A stretch of 64,000 bases of DNA from Catajapyx aquilonaris (taxonomy: Eukaryota), in NCBI GenBank assembly GCA_000934665.2, contig JYFJ02001672.1:1-64000 (forward strand), read 5' to 3'. Both the position numbers and the translations under genes were made by a program. Numbering within the stretch: position 1 is the stretch's first letter; each line of letters opens with the position of its first letter. A model generated the notes under the pieces. That model saw only the letters and a program-made list of their open reading frames with translations, was not told the origin of the DNA and did no database searches. Positions 38,901-49,829 of the stretch are shown here, piece after piece.

Positions 38901-41065
38901 CAATCGCCCACCTCGCCAAGGCCTCTGACCATAATACTCCAACGTGCATTGAAGTGGATCCGGATCTGGATACTTGGCATTTTCCGAGCACAACTTCAGA
39001 CACAGCCTGTGACGTGCAGAAGCATACACTGCTGCTTGTCTGTAATAAAACCCTGGGTTTTGTGTCTGAAGTGCAACCAACCCCTGCTTGACGGCCTGAT
39101 CAAACAAATCAGCAAATTGTGTGTACTGTGCTGCAAGCCAAGCTTGATGTTCAAATGCCAATTCTGGGGCACCCTCACGGTTACGAAACGCATCCACATG
39201 CCTCTGAAACTGTGTCACAGCATCTCGTGGAAGGTTTCGCCTGAATGCCAACTGACACATCTTGTAGTCCAAGAACCCAGCCACAGTCCGCACTTCATTT
39301 AGAGTGGTGTCAGATGCACGCATGTCAGCCAGATGTGCATATGCCTGCGCATAATGGCGGTGTGCGGCATTTGGATCCTGTCGTAACTCACTTATAAATC
39401 CTGCTTTGAACTGGTGTCGCACCAACAGTGGCACATGAATGGTCTTGTTGAGCTGGTCACGATGTGACTTTAACCTCTTGATTCGCTGATGGTATGCAGC
39501 TTGGGCCAACTCGTACAGGGCATTTTCAAGTCTGGCAACATAGCCCTGCAGATGATCTGAATGGGGCAACACAAACAGCGATTTGGCTGGGAGGTCGCAG
39601 GACTGGCAGAGAGAGGCAGCACGTTCAGCAGCTAATGGATCTTCGCTGGCAGGTAGTGGTGCACTTTGCTGAATCAACACTACAGCCAAGCGGGTGTGCC
39701 GAGTCTCCAAAGAAGCACGTGCAGCTTGGACCTCTTGTGCACATGCTAGAGGCAAAAACAGAAGGTTAATGTCACTGGAATATGCTCTTATTATTACCAA
39801 GGGGTAAAGTCACTTGATGATTTTGTGTATGACTTTCTTTGTTTGTTTGTTTTTGTTTACCCCATTAGAGGGAACGAAGCCCTTTTAGGGGGGGTGGATT
39901 ACCACCATCAGGATTGATTTTCTGTTTTTCTTCAGTCACCATGCAAGGACATTAAGGATGTAGGGAGTTGGGAGGGGACACAGGTGCAAGTGCAATGTCT
40001 GAAAAGGGTCATGTGCGTGCAGCCCCCCAGGAGGCCGGTTGCCAAGACGCCTCCTTAGGCGCTGCCCAGAGACCCACTGACGCAGGCGAAAGGTAGGGTG
40101 GGGATTTAAACTAAGTCCAGTTTAGTCACTTTTGATTTATGTTACTAACTGTAAGTTGCAATTACCCTACTCTATCGGCTGGTGAATTTTATTTAATCCT
40201 AACAATTCATAATGAGCGGCGACAGGATCTTCTGTATTCACTAGCATGCACGCAGGTGCAGGGTCAAATCTTTGCCCTAGATTATCTCGTAACTGACTTT
40301 TTGGACTTGTGCTTCTCAATACTACGCTGATGATATGAGGGAAGTGAAGGCACTTTACAAATTATTATTACAATAAAGAATCAAATAAATTTGTCACACT
40401 TGGTTTCTCAGGCATGATGGCCTAGTCATCTAATCTGAAATTTGAAAATGTGAGCCTAACTCATCTTCTCATGAGTGTACTTGCAACTTTCTGGTTGTTG
40501 GAAATTTTTTCCATTACACTGCTTACAATACAATGACAACTTTTTCTTACTTTTGGGCTTGACATACTGTCTTGGCTTTTTAGTGCTACCATGCCATCAC
40601 TACCAATGCAACCCTGCCTGACTGCACTGCAGGTGTTAATAAAACTTGCAACAACATTAGTGTGGCCATCTCACCAGCAAGCCTTTCCGCCCACTGCTTC
40701 TCTCCCCAGTCCAAGTCGAAGAATATGGTGGCAACGGCAGGCACAAGGTACAGGTGCTTGTGCATCCATCCGGTCTTCAGGATCCCTTTAGGAACATACC
40801 ACTCGTAGCTGGCCTTCCTGGGCTTGGGCTGGGGGAAGCGGTGCTGGCGAGGGAGTAGCCGGAAGTGCATGGGAGGCCTGTCCGGCCTGCGACCCATGGA
40901 GAAGGCCTCCCAAATGGTCTGATGCACCGTGCTCTGAGACGGGTCCAGGCCCATCAGGGCCACCAGGGTCAGCGGTTGGCATGTCAGCTCCTGGGACAGG
41001 CCGTGAGGGTCTGCGCTGATCACTGCGGCCGGTTCAGTAGGGTTGTCATCAAGTGGGGTAGACAT
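35930..41065 (-). CDS. TRAPPC11: Trafficking protein particle complex subunit 11 (gryzun/foie gras), 3 coding exons (41065-40675, 39745-38653, 37706-35930), ~1086 aa
   Basis: Motifs SYEWYVPKGILKTGWMHKHL..VPAV..IFFDLDW, LFVLPHSDHLQGY..RLE..YELAQ, FEHQAWL..QY..FADLFD.A, QTQNPGFYY.QAA, YYGQRPWR and MEASDAFMFAG..Q..L...YNLYPL.AG...LP.L. Splice phases 1 and 2 join cleanly. AATAAA on - at 35701-35696. Confidence 0.95.
37993..38556. mobile_element. MITE (CA..TG-like ends, 7-8 bp TSD, possibly P-superfamily) in TRAPPC11 intron 2
   Basis: TIRs agagttctgctata...acctagaggaggtactc / gagtacctcctctaggt...tatagcagaactct. TSD (t)catagcc at 37985-37992 and 38557-38564. An internal direct repeat ccgccatcttgttggaggtcatattgttg is present. 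Confidence 0.8.
38129..38390 (-). mobile_element. tRNA-derived V-SINE-like element (family C) nested in the MITE
   Basis: On -: head ggcgacacggtggccgagcggttagcg...gagttcgatccc and the V-domain-like core gttctctccgtgttcgcgtgggttttctcggggttctcccgtttcctcccac. A 14-bp TSD agcaactgggacaa at 38115-38128 and 38391-38404. Confidence 0.88.
39840..40094 (-). mobile_element. 5'-truncated SINE family B copy in TRAPPC11 intron 1
   Basis: The reverse complement aligns to 28992-29243 (cctgcgtc..ggtctctg..aaggagg.gtct.ggcaacc..cctcctggggg..gcacatgaccc..tgcacttgcacc..ggtgactgaagaaaaa..ctgatggtggt..ccacccccc..gggtaa), with an (AAAC)n tail. Confidence 0.8.
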
Positions 41066-41689
41066 GTTGCTGCTCACAGTCCGAACCAAACCACACTTTC
41101 TAGGATGGAATAATATTGTGACGTGTTCTATCCGGATTTTGACACGGGTTCCTTTCCAGGTGTGGTCAGTGTCCTTTGAACATTCCTTCGGCTTGACCCT
41201 GGGAGTGGAGCGGATGGAATTCTGGTCGCATTCGCTGTGTAATTGGGGTTGGAATGTTGGGATGTGCAGAAATCCAAGCCGGAAAACACCTCCAGGGAGA
41301 AAAAAAAGATGGTGGATCAATCACTGGAATGGCTTCTCTCTGTCATGGAGGTTGATCTGATGGCGATAGGAAATCGATTGCTACAACCTGGAAAATCCAC
41401 CGAACAATTCGCTCGTAGTGTCATACTACTAGAATAATTCCATCTGGTTTAAATTATTTTTTGGAAAATTATCCTTTCATGTTCATAGAAATGATACTAG
41501 TAGTCGACACGGTAACGATTGGCGGTATTTTTTGAATTATTACAATGTCAGTATATCGCAGTCTGATTATTATTGCTTGATATATCCATGGATCCATTAT
41601 ATACCAGTGCAGCGATCGCTGCAAACAATAATTATATTTCAGAAGGATAAAATCATTTGGTTCCTGGTAGACCTTTGTTCCAGATCACG
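41066..41689. promoter_or_regulatory. Bidirectional promoter region between TRAPPC11 and the coiled-coil gene
   Basis: The divergent ATGs are 625 bp apart and CpGs are locally retained. It contains an X-box-like GTCGACACGGTAAC (41503-41516), a DRE-like ATCGAT (~41373) and TTGGCGG (~41519). Confidence 0.55.
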
Positions 41690-42972
41690 ATGCCACCAAA
41701 GAAGGGCAAGAAGGAGAAGAACCAGCTCAGTTCACCCAACGACACTCCAGACTCACAGCTTCCAAGTTTCATCGTGAAGCAGACATTGGACATGTGCATT
41801 GTTATTGAGAAATACAAAATGGAAATAAAAGCACTAAGGGCCGATAACAAGCACATGATGGAGGAGATCGCGTTTCTAAGGCAGGAAAGCAACTGGTGAG
41901 TTTTATCATTAGCTCTTGGTTTTGTTCATGCATTTTATTGCACTGTGGTTACCACTGGTACTCAAATCTACTGCTGTCAGGTTCGAGGCGGTGTCTAAGA
42001 AGCGCCAGGAGAAAGTCTACATTGTGATACGGGAGGTGAAGGAAAAGGAGAAAGATCAGCTGGCTGAGGTGGAAGAAAAATGTTCCGCAACTCTTGCAGA
42101 GCTGGAAAGAGAGAGGACAAATATGCTCTCGTCATTGGAAAACAATAAGACAGATAAACTCATCTTATTGAAGAAACTCTCAGACATGGATTCATACAAG
42201 TAGGGCACTGGTTAGCTGACAGTAATTTTGCAACAACCAGGTCTCACCTCTCGCCCTCTAAACCTGCTGCTGATCAAGCTTCGCCCACACCATTATTTGG
42301 TACTTATCTTTCCAGATACATTGAAGAGGCTCAAGTGGAACTTGTTGATGCACTGCAAGTGGAACTGGAAGCAACCAAGGCCAAGACTGATCAGCAAGCT
42401 CAAGACTTGAAGAGAGCGTATGCAAAGTGAGGTTTGAAGGCTTTTCCTGCGTATAGTGGCTGACCATTAACTACACTTGACCTCTTGACAGGGAGCATAA
42501 TGCAGTTGATCAGATCCTCCAGCTTGACCTCTGCAAATTCGAGCCTGAGTGTTTCAAAACTGCCTCCTCAAGCATGGTGAAGTTCCTGAAGGTGGTCGGC
42601 CAGAACAACAGCCGGCTGGTGGGCTATCTGAAGGAAACGTTGAAGAAGAGGAGGGAAATGGCAACCAGAAAGGAGAGGCTAGACCAGTGTATGGCATCCT
42701 TGGAGAGGCAGGAACAATACTACACTGATATTATGTGCATACATGATAATACATCCTTCAAGAAGGCCACTCATCCTGAATTGACTGACAGCAGTGACCA
42801 AAAAGTTACAGAGATGGCGGTAGTGCCTCAGAAAAAATATCGGGTGAAGTTTGAGGATAAAAAGTCAGAAGATACGTTTCCCAGTTCATCTTACTCAACC
42901 CTACTCCTGTCTAGCTCCTCTGAAGAATTTGGGGACAAAAAAAGAGGAAAATCTGATGCCCCATCTGGCTGA
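41690..42972 (+). CDS. Coiled-coil protein, CCDC83/CFAP157-like (DUF4515 group), 4 exons (41690-41895, 41981-42199, 42316-42426, 42492-42972), 338 aa
   Basis: Three short GT-AG introns, all phase 2, give one uninterrupted frame: MPPKKGKKEK...IEKYKMEIKALRADNKHMMEEIAFLRQESNW|FEAVSKK...KKLSDMDSYK|YIEEAQVELVDALQVELEATK...|EHNAVDQ... The family assignment rests on recalled similarity only. Confidence 0.72.
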
Positions 42973-43440
42973 TGTTGCAGTGAAACTGGGTCTGAGCATC
43001 ATGGGACAGGTCCCATTACATAGGCATTAAGCCTATCCAAATTCAACAAGTAAAGGTACCCCTTTTAGTCAACTCATGATGGCTATCAATATATCATTAA
43101 GAAATTGTGATCATTTCAAAATGGCTAATTACACTGTGCATACTACACAACTACTTCCTAATTACTCAAGTGGCATTTCAACTGTAAACACAACCAACTA
43201 TCATGATCATCTGAATAGTACGAAAAAATTATGTCACTCTTACAGCTGCAAGCCCTGAAAACCATCACTAGTGATTTTCAGCAGTTGTCCATTTTTTTCC
43301 CCATCATGCATTCTACAGGTTTCCTAAAAACAGGAAAAGAGAGTATTTGAAGTGACTTAAGGCAAGCAATGTAGAGTGAAACCTGTCTAAGAAAAACACA
43401 CACAGTCCACAATTTGCTTTCAATACCATTTATTACCATA

Positions 43441-46400
43441 TTACTCCTGCATTGGCTCTTCCTCATCTCCGGAACTCTCCACATTAAAATCCTCCTCATT
43501 CCATGCTTCACCTCCTTCCTCTTTCTCTTCCTCATCGGAATTAAAACAATCCCCTTCTCCCATCTCCTCAAGAATCTCCTTGCAGTGAGCAACTAGCATT
43601 GGGTCATCACTTGGAGTCTTCTTATTGACCCTAAGGGCTTTCGAGAGGTAGTACCGAGCATTTCCTTGGTAATCTTCTCCTCTCAATTTGTTGGCCCATC
43701 CTAACAGATACCAAGGCTCCACAGATGAGGAGTCTTCCTCCAACAAACCCTCCAAAACCTCTGTGGCTTCATCCCACCTCTCCAGTTCAATCAGAATCTG
43801 AGATGTAGACACACGTGTCTGGTAACTTAAAGGACAGGTGTATTCAGAGGGATTGGGCGGAAGCGAAGCAGCCCCAATGCTGTCGCTGCCATTTTGTGAT
43901 GGGTCTGATGGCTGTGTCATCTCCCGCATGGTCTGATGGGTTGACAGCCAGATGGATAAAGACTTGTCCATGCAAGAGGAGGCAGTCTGAAATTTAAAAC
44001 CTGCTTAGAGGCAAGAGTCTACATTCTAGAGAATTACTAACATCTATGAGGGCCTTTCAATAAAGACTGATCGTGATTTTTAAAATGAGAAAGTATAGGA
44101 AGTACTATCATGATGGTGATATATTCAAGTACTCCTGTTGAAGATGGATGTGCATGCTTATGTGCAGTAGTCTACTGTGCATCATGTGGGTGTGGTGCCA
44201 GCACAAACAGCACCACCTTTGATGTCACCTCCCGAGTCATGACGTTGACACACAGTACACTGCGCTGAAATTCTACTTTTGCCTCAACAAGACAGCCAAT
44301 GAGTCCTGCTCCATGCTTACTTAGGAGTGTAGAGATGATGTTCTGCCTGACAGTATGGCACCCCATTGTTTCAAGACGTTCAAGGGGGGTTCTGAATCCA
44401 CCTGCACACAGGGTCCTTCGGGAGCTCCTGCCACAGCCAATACACACCTCATATGCAGGTGGTCATGCATTATTGTGTGCATATCACCCACACATACTTG
44501 TAACAAATCGGATAGGACAGTCAAAGTCACACAGTGATCACCTCACATGATGACTGAGGCCTTGTTAATGGCCACCTCCGTCACAGCTCCTCCAGGAGCT
44601 CCCAGAGAGCCTTGTTTGCAGGTGGATTTGGGACACTTCTTGAACATATCTTCTCCATAAGCCTCCACACATCTCGATGCCATGACTCGGGAGGCGCCAT
44701 CAAGGGTGGAGGTGTTTGTGCTGTCACCACTTCTGTGCATCAGCATGCACATCCATCTTCGACAGGAGTACTTGAATATATCACCATCATGATAGTACTT
44801 CCTATACTTTCTCATTTTTAAAAATCACTAGAAAAACCCTCACTATGCTCGCATTTTCTATGGTGCAGGCATAGAAAACCACTCACTTCGCTCGCTTTTT
44901 TCTAGGCTTACGGCCTGCAGTGCCTACCATATTTTTAACATCTTTGGATTTATAGCCAATGATGATGCCCATCCCCAAATCATATGCATACACCCCCACC
45001 CGTTCCTCCCTGCATTCGCATATCCGTCACATACCCTGCGACCCATCTGCAATCTCAGCTTTGGTTTGCATATTTGGCTGGGAAATATGTATTTTTCCAC
45101 CTCAACATACCAATACCTTTTGAATTTTTAAAAACCCCAATTATTGTATGGACAGAAATTCACAACCTCTACTGCTTCTCACATTTTCACTCACATGCAC
45201 TCGCACACGTGTGTCTAAATTATATGCATACTTTCCAAATGCGTCTTTCTAACTGCTCATAACTCCCCCCTATTATAAACGTCCATGGAACTCTGCAGTG
45301 TTGTATTAGATGATCAAAACACTGGTTTCATTCTCCCTGCCACTTTTTTTTTGACGTTCTCGACCTACCCCCACGTTCAGTGTCCATGGAGTTGGCACCA
45401 CTGATAAACAACATCCCAACCTGGCCTATGATCAGTTTGTTTATGTGACGTTCCAATTCGACCATCCCCCCTTCCTCCCTCCTCTCCCCCTCCCCTGTTG
45501 TGAGGTCACCGTGAAGACATGGGTGGAGGAAGGTGGAAGGGTAGAGGGGTCTTCACGGGAGAGGAGATGTGTCCTCGTTGACTTCCAGCAAGCGACTGTG
45601 GCATTCTTCCGCCCATTACGCATGCTTGGAACGGGGCCAATTGGAGGCAGTATGGTAACAATACGTCCAGGTCACAATGGACAGGGGCCAATCGGAACGT
45701 GGCTGTCATAACAATGGGCAGCTGACCAATCAGAGGGCTTATACAAACACCGCAAGAATTTTAATATGATAGATGATCAGTCTTTAAGGTGCGTTTACAT
45801 GTGAGCGATTTGACAAGCGAAGATGAGAGAAGTCTCCGCCAAGAGAAGTAACCAACATTGTTTGAGGTGAAAGTAACAATCCATTTTCGCCTCAAACAAT
45901 ACTGGTTACTTGGGTTACTCAGCAATGTTACCGCTCGGCGATGACTTTGCTTGTCAAACGGCTCACATGTAAACGCCGCTTTACTGAAAGGCCCTCGTAT
46001 TTATAAAATACCTCATGTCCACATGCCAAGATATTTCTCCCTTTGCTCAAACCCCTCTGTGCCCCCTCTCCCAAATAGGGACAAAACCAAAACATTTTTG
46101 TCATTTAAAAAAATTACAAGGCAGAGTGACTGACTCCAAAGGTGAACTGTTCTATTCCAAAATGGGAATGGACCCGAAATGGAATGCCTTGGTTCTGAGA
46201 GACATTCTAAAGCATTTGTTCAATTTCAGGCATGCAATTAGACCCGGAATCAAGTCAAAAATTCAATTTCCAGTAGTGAACATTCCTAAATGTTGACTGA
46301 CCATTCTTGTGTAACTGGGGTTTATAAAGGCAATGGCACCCTGTTCATCGTTGCATAGTCAATTACATAGTATTTTCCATGTGGTCACAATACAAAGATA

Positions 46401-48310
46401 CTTGACTATTAGCAAAGATGCATCAAAAAATTATCTTCAAATTAACTCAGAAACAGAAGCGATCCTTTTCAGGTAAATAACTTGAAGTACTTCATACCTC
46501 AAATTCCTGCTTAACCAGGAAGAACTGTGCCATGACTTGATGTGCTTCAGGATTCTCTGGCTCCTTCTCCACTGCCTCTTTCAGGTTCCGATGGCACTCT
46601 TGCTCTGCTTCACTTGCGTCACACAAATCAGTCATAAATAACTCTGCAATTGCACAGTGAACTGCAGCAACGCCCTCAGTCACTCCATCTTTCTGCATGA
46701 CCTCCAACCCTTTTCTGTAGCAATTCAGTGTTTCATATCCAGTAAGTATCTGTGCTAAAGACATGTACTTGCGATGTCCTGACTCTGGTTGGAGCTGGAT
46801 GGCTCTATTTAGGTGGACTTTTGCAGTGGAGGTGTCACCAATTTCCACCAAGAGGCCAGAAGTGACTTCCAAGGCACGGAGGTGGTCACGATCCATCTGT
46901 AATGCCCGGTCACAAAAGCGCCGCGCAACATCATATTCAAAGCGGTCCATGCATTCTTCAGCTTTGTCGAGGAGTTGATCTATGGGAAAGCGGGGTGATG
47001 GTAGTGGTGCAGAAGCTTCAACTGTCTTGGGTGCTGCAACAAAAATTGATTTCATTGCTAGAAAAATGAGAGCCTGAGCTTGCAACGATGTACTCTAGCC
47101 CACAAGACATCTGAGTACTCAGTTATTGCCCTGGTGCATGCCACACTGCCAGTCAATTAGCAAGCCTCTTGAAGAGTTAAGAACATGAAACTTGCACTGA
47201 TAAAGGTTTTTTATTCCCGAGTGGAAATTGTGCAAATTTTCGTAAGCTGAAACCAGCAGCATTAAATTCCTCAGAAAAAGTAATGTCTGGTAGGCTCTCA
47301 TGGATTTCTATAGCAAACAAACAAACCCACAAACAAACTTCCTAAAATATAGATGTAGATATTAAAATAATTTTTAACAGACACTATCCAATTCCAAGGA
47401 TGCCTGTGTATGTTCTCGATTCTGTTCAACATGATCTATGGACAGAAAGATTAAGTTCTGATTTCAGCCATTGAACTCCCAGTTTTGCAACTAGAATTAT
47501 TATAAAATGTCACGCTGTGTAGGGAAAGACCCATCCAAAGGGTTGGCTACTTGTGTAATCAGGAGCACACTTTGTCGTGCAATCACACTCCAACGCTTCC
47601 TTGTGGAAATTGATGATAATTTGCAGTACACAGATTTGGGTATACAATTCAAGGAAGAGGGGCCAGCTCCCCACATTTGAGTGCTAGTGAGATGGATAGG
47701 ACTCATATCTGATGCAATTCCTAGAATGCTGGACACTAATTCTATCGTGTTAGCAACATTTTCTGAGGCGACAGAAGTGATGGAGTGCGGGCTGTGATAG
47801 TAAGAAATGGTAGGCCTTGGGTGGCGTCACTGGCTGGGGACAAGCCATTTTCTCCATTTCCCCAGCCGGTGACGTCGCCCAACGCCTACCATTTCTTACT
47901 TGCATGGCTCGCACTTCAATATGCACTTCTGCCGCCTTGGAAAATGTTGCTAGCAGTATAACGGAATGAATGTCCAGCACTGTACATGGAAGTTTCCACC
48001 GAAATGGCCAAGCTTCAGAATGATAACCAGGCCATCCCGATACTTTTGTACCGTATAGAGCATGAGAGAGCGGAAATCCTTCAAGTTGACCTAGCTTCAG
48101 TCAGTGCACGACCATCTCTACGACTTATGTACTGCCACCACATTTCCTTCCGCCCACACCTTCATTTTCATCTCCCTCCACCATCCCTTCCAGCAGCTCC
48201 TGGTCCACATCATCATCTCCATCCTCTCCATGCCTCCCTTTCCTCTTGGCCGCCAGCTTCTTCCTCTTCTTCAGGGCCGTGCTCTGTCGCTTCCTTCCCG
48301 GAGGAGGCAT
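43441..48310 (-). CDS. TPR protein, probable assembly chaperone of Rpl4 (Acl4-like), 3 coding exons (48310-48160, 47033-46498, 43986-43441), ~410 aa
   Basis: Basic NLS-like N-terminus. TPR helices LLDKAEECMDRFEYDVARRFCDRAL, AIQLQPESGHRKYMSLAQ, HCAIAELFMTDLCD..EAEQEC, YQTRVSTSQILIELE and VEPWYLLGW, followed by an acidic tail. Splice phases 1 and 0 are consistent. A probable 5'UTR intron lies at 48422-48311. Confidence 0.85.
44064..45783. mobile_element. Non-autonomous DNA transposon with >100-bp TIRs and TTAA-like TSD (Kolobok-like); right TIR split by a Helitron
   Basis: Left end ataa|agactgatcgtgattttttaaaatgagaaagtataggaagtactatcatgatggtgatatattcaagtactcctg. The mirror copy ends at 44827 and resumes at 45774 as tgatcagtct|ttaa. 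Confidence 0.82.
44828..45773 (-). mobile_element. Non-autonomous Helitron, ~946 bp
   Basis: On -: A|TCTATCATATTAAAA at the 5' end and ...GCGAGCATAGTGAGGGTTTTTCTAG|T at the 3' end, with no TSD. The subterminal unit (gcgagcgaagtgag) is duplicated. Removing the element restores the host TIR. Confidence 0.8.
45788..45980. mobile_element. PIF/Harbinger-like MITE
   Basis: taa|ggtgcgtttacatgtgagcgatttgacaagc ... gcttgtcaaacggctcacatgtaaacgccgct|tta. An inner inverted pair (aagtaacca..attgtttgagg / cctcaaacaatactggttactt) is present. Confidence 0.75.
47751..47952. mobile_element. Palindromic MITE-like element in intron 1 of the Acl4-like gene
   Basis: tagcaacattttc..aggcg.cagaagtg / cacttctgccgccttggaaaatgttgcta, plus inner arms agtaagaaatggtaggc.ttggg.g.cgtcac.ggctgggga / tccccagccggtgacgtcgcccaacgcctaccatttcttact. 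Confidence 0.8.
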
Positions 48311-48593
48311 CTGCAAAGTGCACAACACTCGGTTTCAAACCAAGTCCCGATTCATTCATCGACTGTTGTAACACCAGTGCATTTGGCAGCATTTAGATGA
48401 AATGTCTGCAATACAAGCCTACCTTTCCTTATGCGTCCAGGCGTGACTGGGATTGAAGAGACGTGAACTTTTTGGCCACACCGACTGGCATGGGCATGGC
48501 ACGTTTTCACACTGGCGCTCCTGGCGGGCGATCGGAGAAGCTGCCTCCACCCGCCAATTTCGCATGTGCAATCCAGCCACATGTATGATTGAG

Positions 48594-48643
48594 TGATGAT
48601 GATGATGATTATGGTTATGATTGATTGATTGATTGATTGATTA
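48594..48643. repeat. Compound (GAT)n/(GATT)n microsatellite
   Basis: tgatgatgatgatgat...gattgattgattgattgattgatt is directly visible. Confidence 0.85.
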
Positions 48644-48899
48644 TGAAACCCCTTTCGAGGGCTTTACCCTTTTGGGGGGTATTATCTCTATTTCTTGACA
48701 AATTGATTTGAAATTGTAATTTGAGTAGGAAAGCAGTGTGAGAAATAAATGGCGAGTGTCAAAAGCTTATGAAATTTATTACTGGTGTGTGGAAAGGTTA
48801 TGCGAACACTAGATATCTTCATATTACATCTCGTCGTTTCCTTTAAAAAATAAATGTGCCATATTAAAATTCCTTGTTAATCAGTGTAATAATGTATAA

Positions 48900-49520
48900 T
48901 TAGGGTGATGCACATATCTTGACATCCTGGAGGGCACACATATTCGTCAGCAGGACAGCAGTGTCTTCATCCTTCATGGTGACCTCATTGTTCATTGTGG
49001 CGGCAATGAATAGAGTGTCTGATACCAGTAGTATTTGTTACATTGGCTAAGGTCAGCATTCCTCCAGCTTTCAAGTTTCAAGTAAAACCCAGGGTTCTAT
49101 ACTGAATAAACAGAGAGCTGTGCCAGTGTATCAAGGGCACTCAAATAATACTCAACTACTCACCTGGACAGCCTCACTGATTCCTCCTTTCTCTGAGATT
49201 TTCTCCAGCACCCACAGCCTCCCATTGACATCATCCAGCCAGTCCTACACTAGATCGAGTCTCTTCTCCAACCTGGCAGCAATTTCTAGGCCCATGTTAT
49301 TTATCAGCATGAGATGAACCATATCTTCCATGGTGGTGCGACTTGGCTCCTTCAGGTAAGGAGTTTCAGAAGAGAATAACAAAGAAAGTGAGGAGAGGAA
49401 GTTTGGGCAAACTGTAGGCCTCCCCCAACCACCTAAAGATATGGTTCCCTTCTTTAATCTTTGCATCAGCCTCCCTCCTCACCCCATGTTCTGACAGTAG
49501 GTCAAAGGCTTGGTCAAAGA
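48900..49520 (-). pseudogene. Possible decayed spliced coding remnant (coiled-coil-like)
   Basis: The frame ...EIAARLEKRLDLV*DWLDDVNGRLWVLEKISEKGGISEAVQ ends at a perfect CAG|GTGAGT donor (49164). A downstream segment TLFIAATMNNEVTMKDEDTAVLL...P* and AATAAA at 48780-48775 follow. The frames do not join cleanly. Confidence 0.25.
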
Positions 49521-49829
49521 CTCAAAGGCAAACTGGAATGCAGAGGGGGCCAAGTCATATAAGGGTTGGAGGCAGGGGAGGTTCAGGGTCAGTCCTAGGG
49601 TGGGTGGAAAAGCGTGGAAAAGTAACCATTGTGCCATCCCCTGTGAAAAATATCAACTGCAAATGAAGAATGGTGGTGTGAAGGCTGGTTTTAAAAATCT
49701 CATATGTTTAATGGGATTCTCTGTGAAAAATACATAGCTAGACTGAGAGGGATGGGGAAGTCATAGTGACACCAGGTGAAGGGGTGAAACTGAGTGTGGG
49801 AGCCGTAACCTGGCAAAAAATTTGCTACC

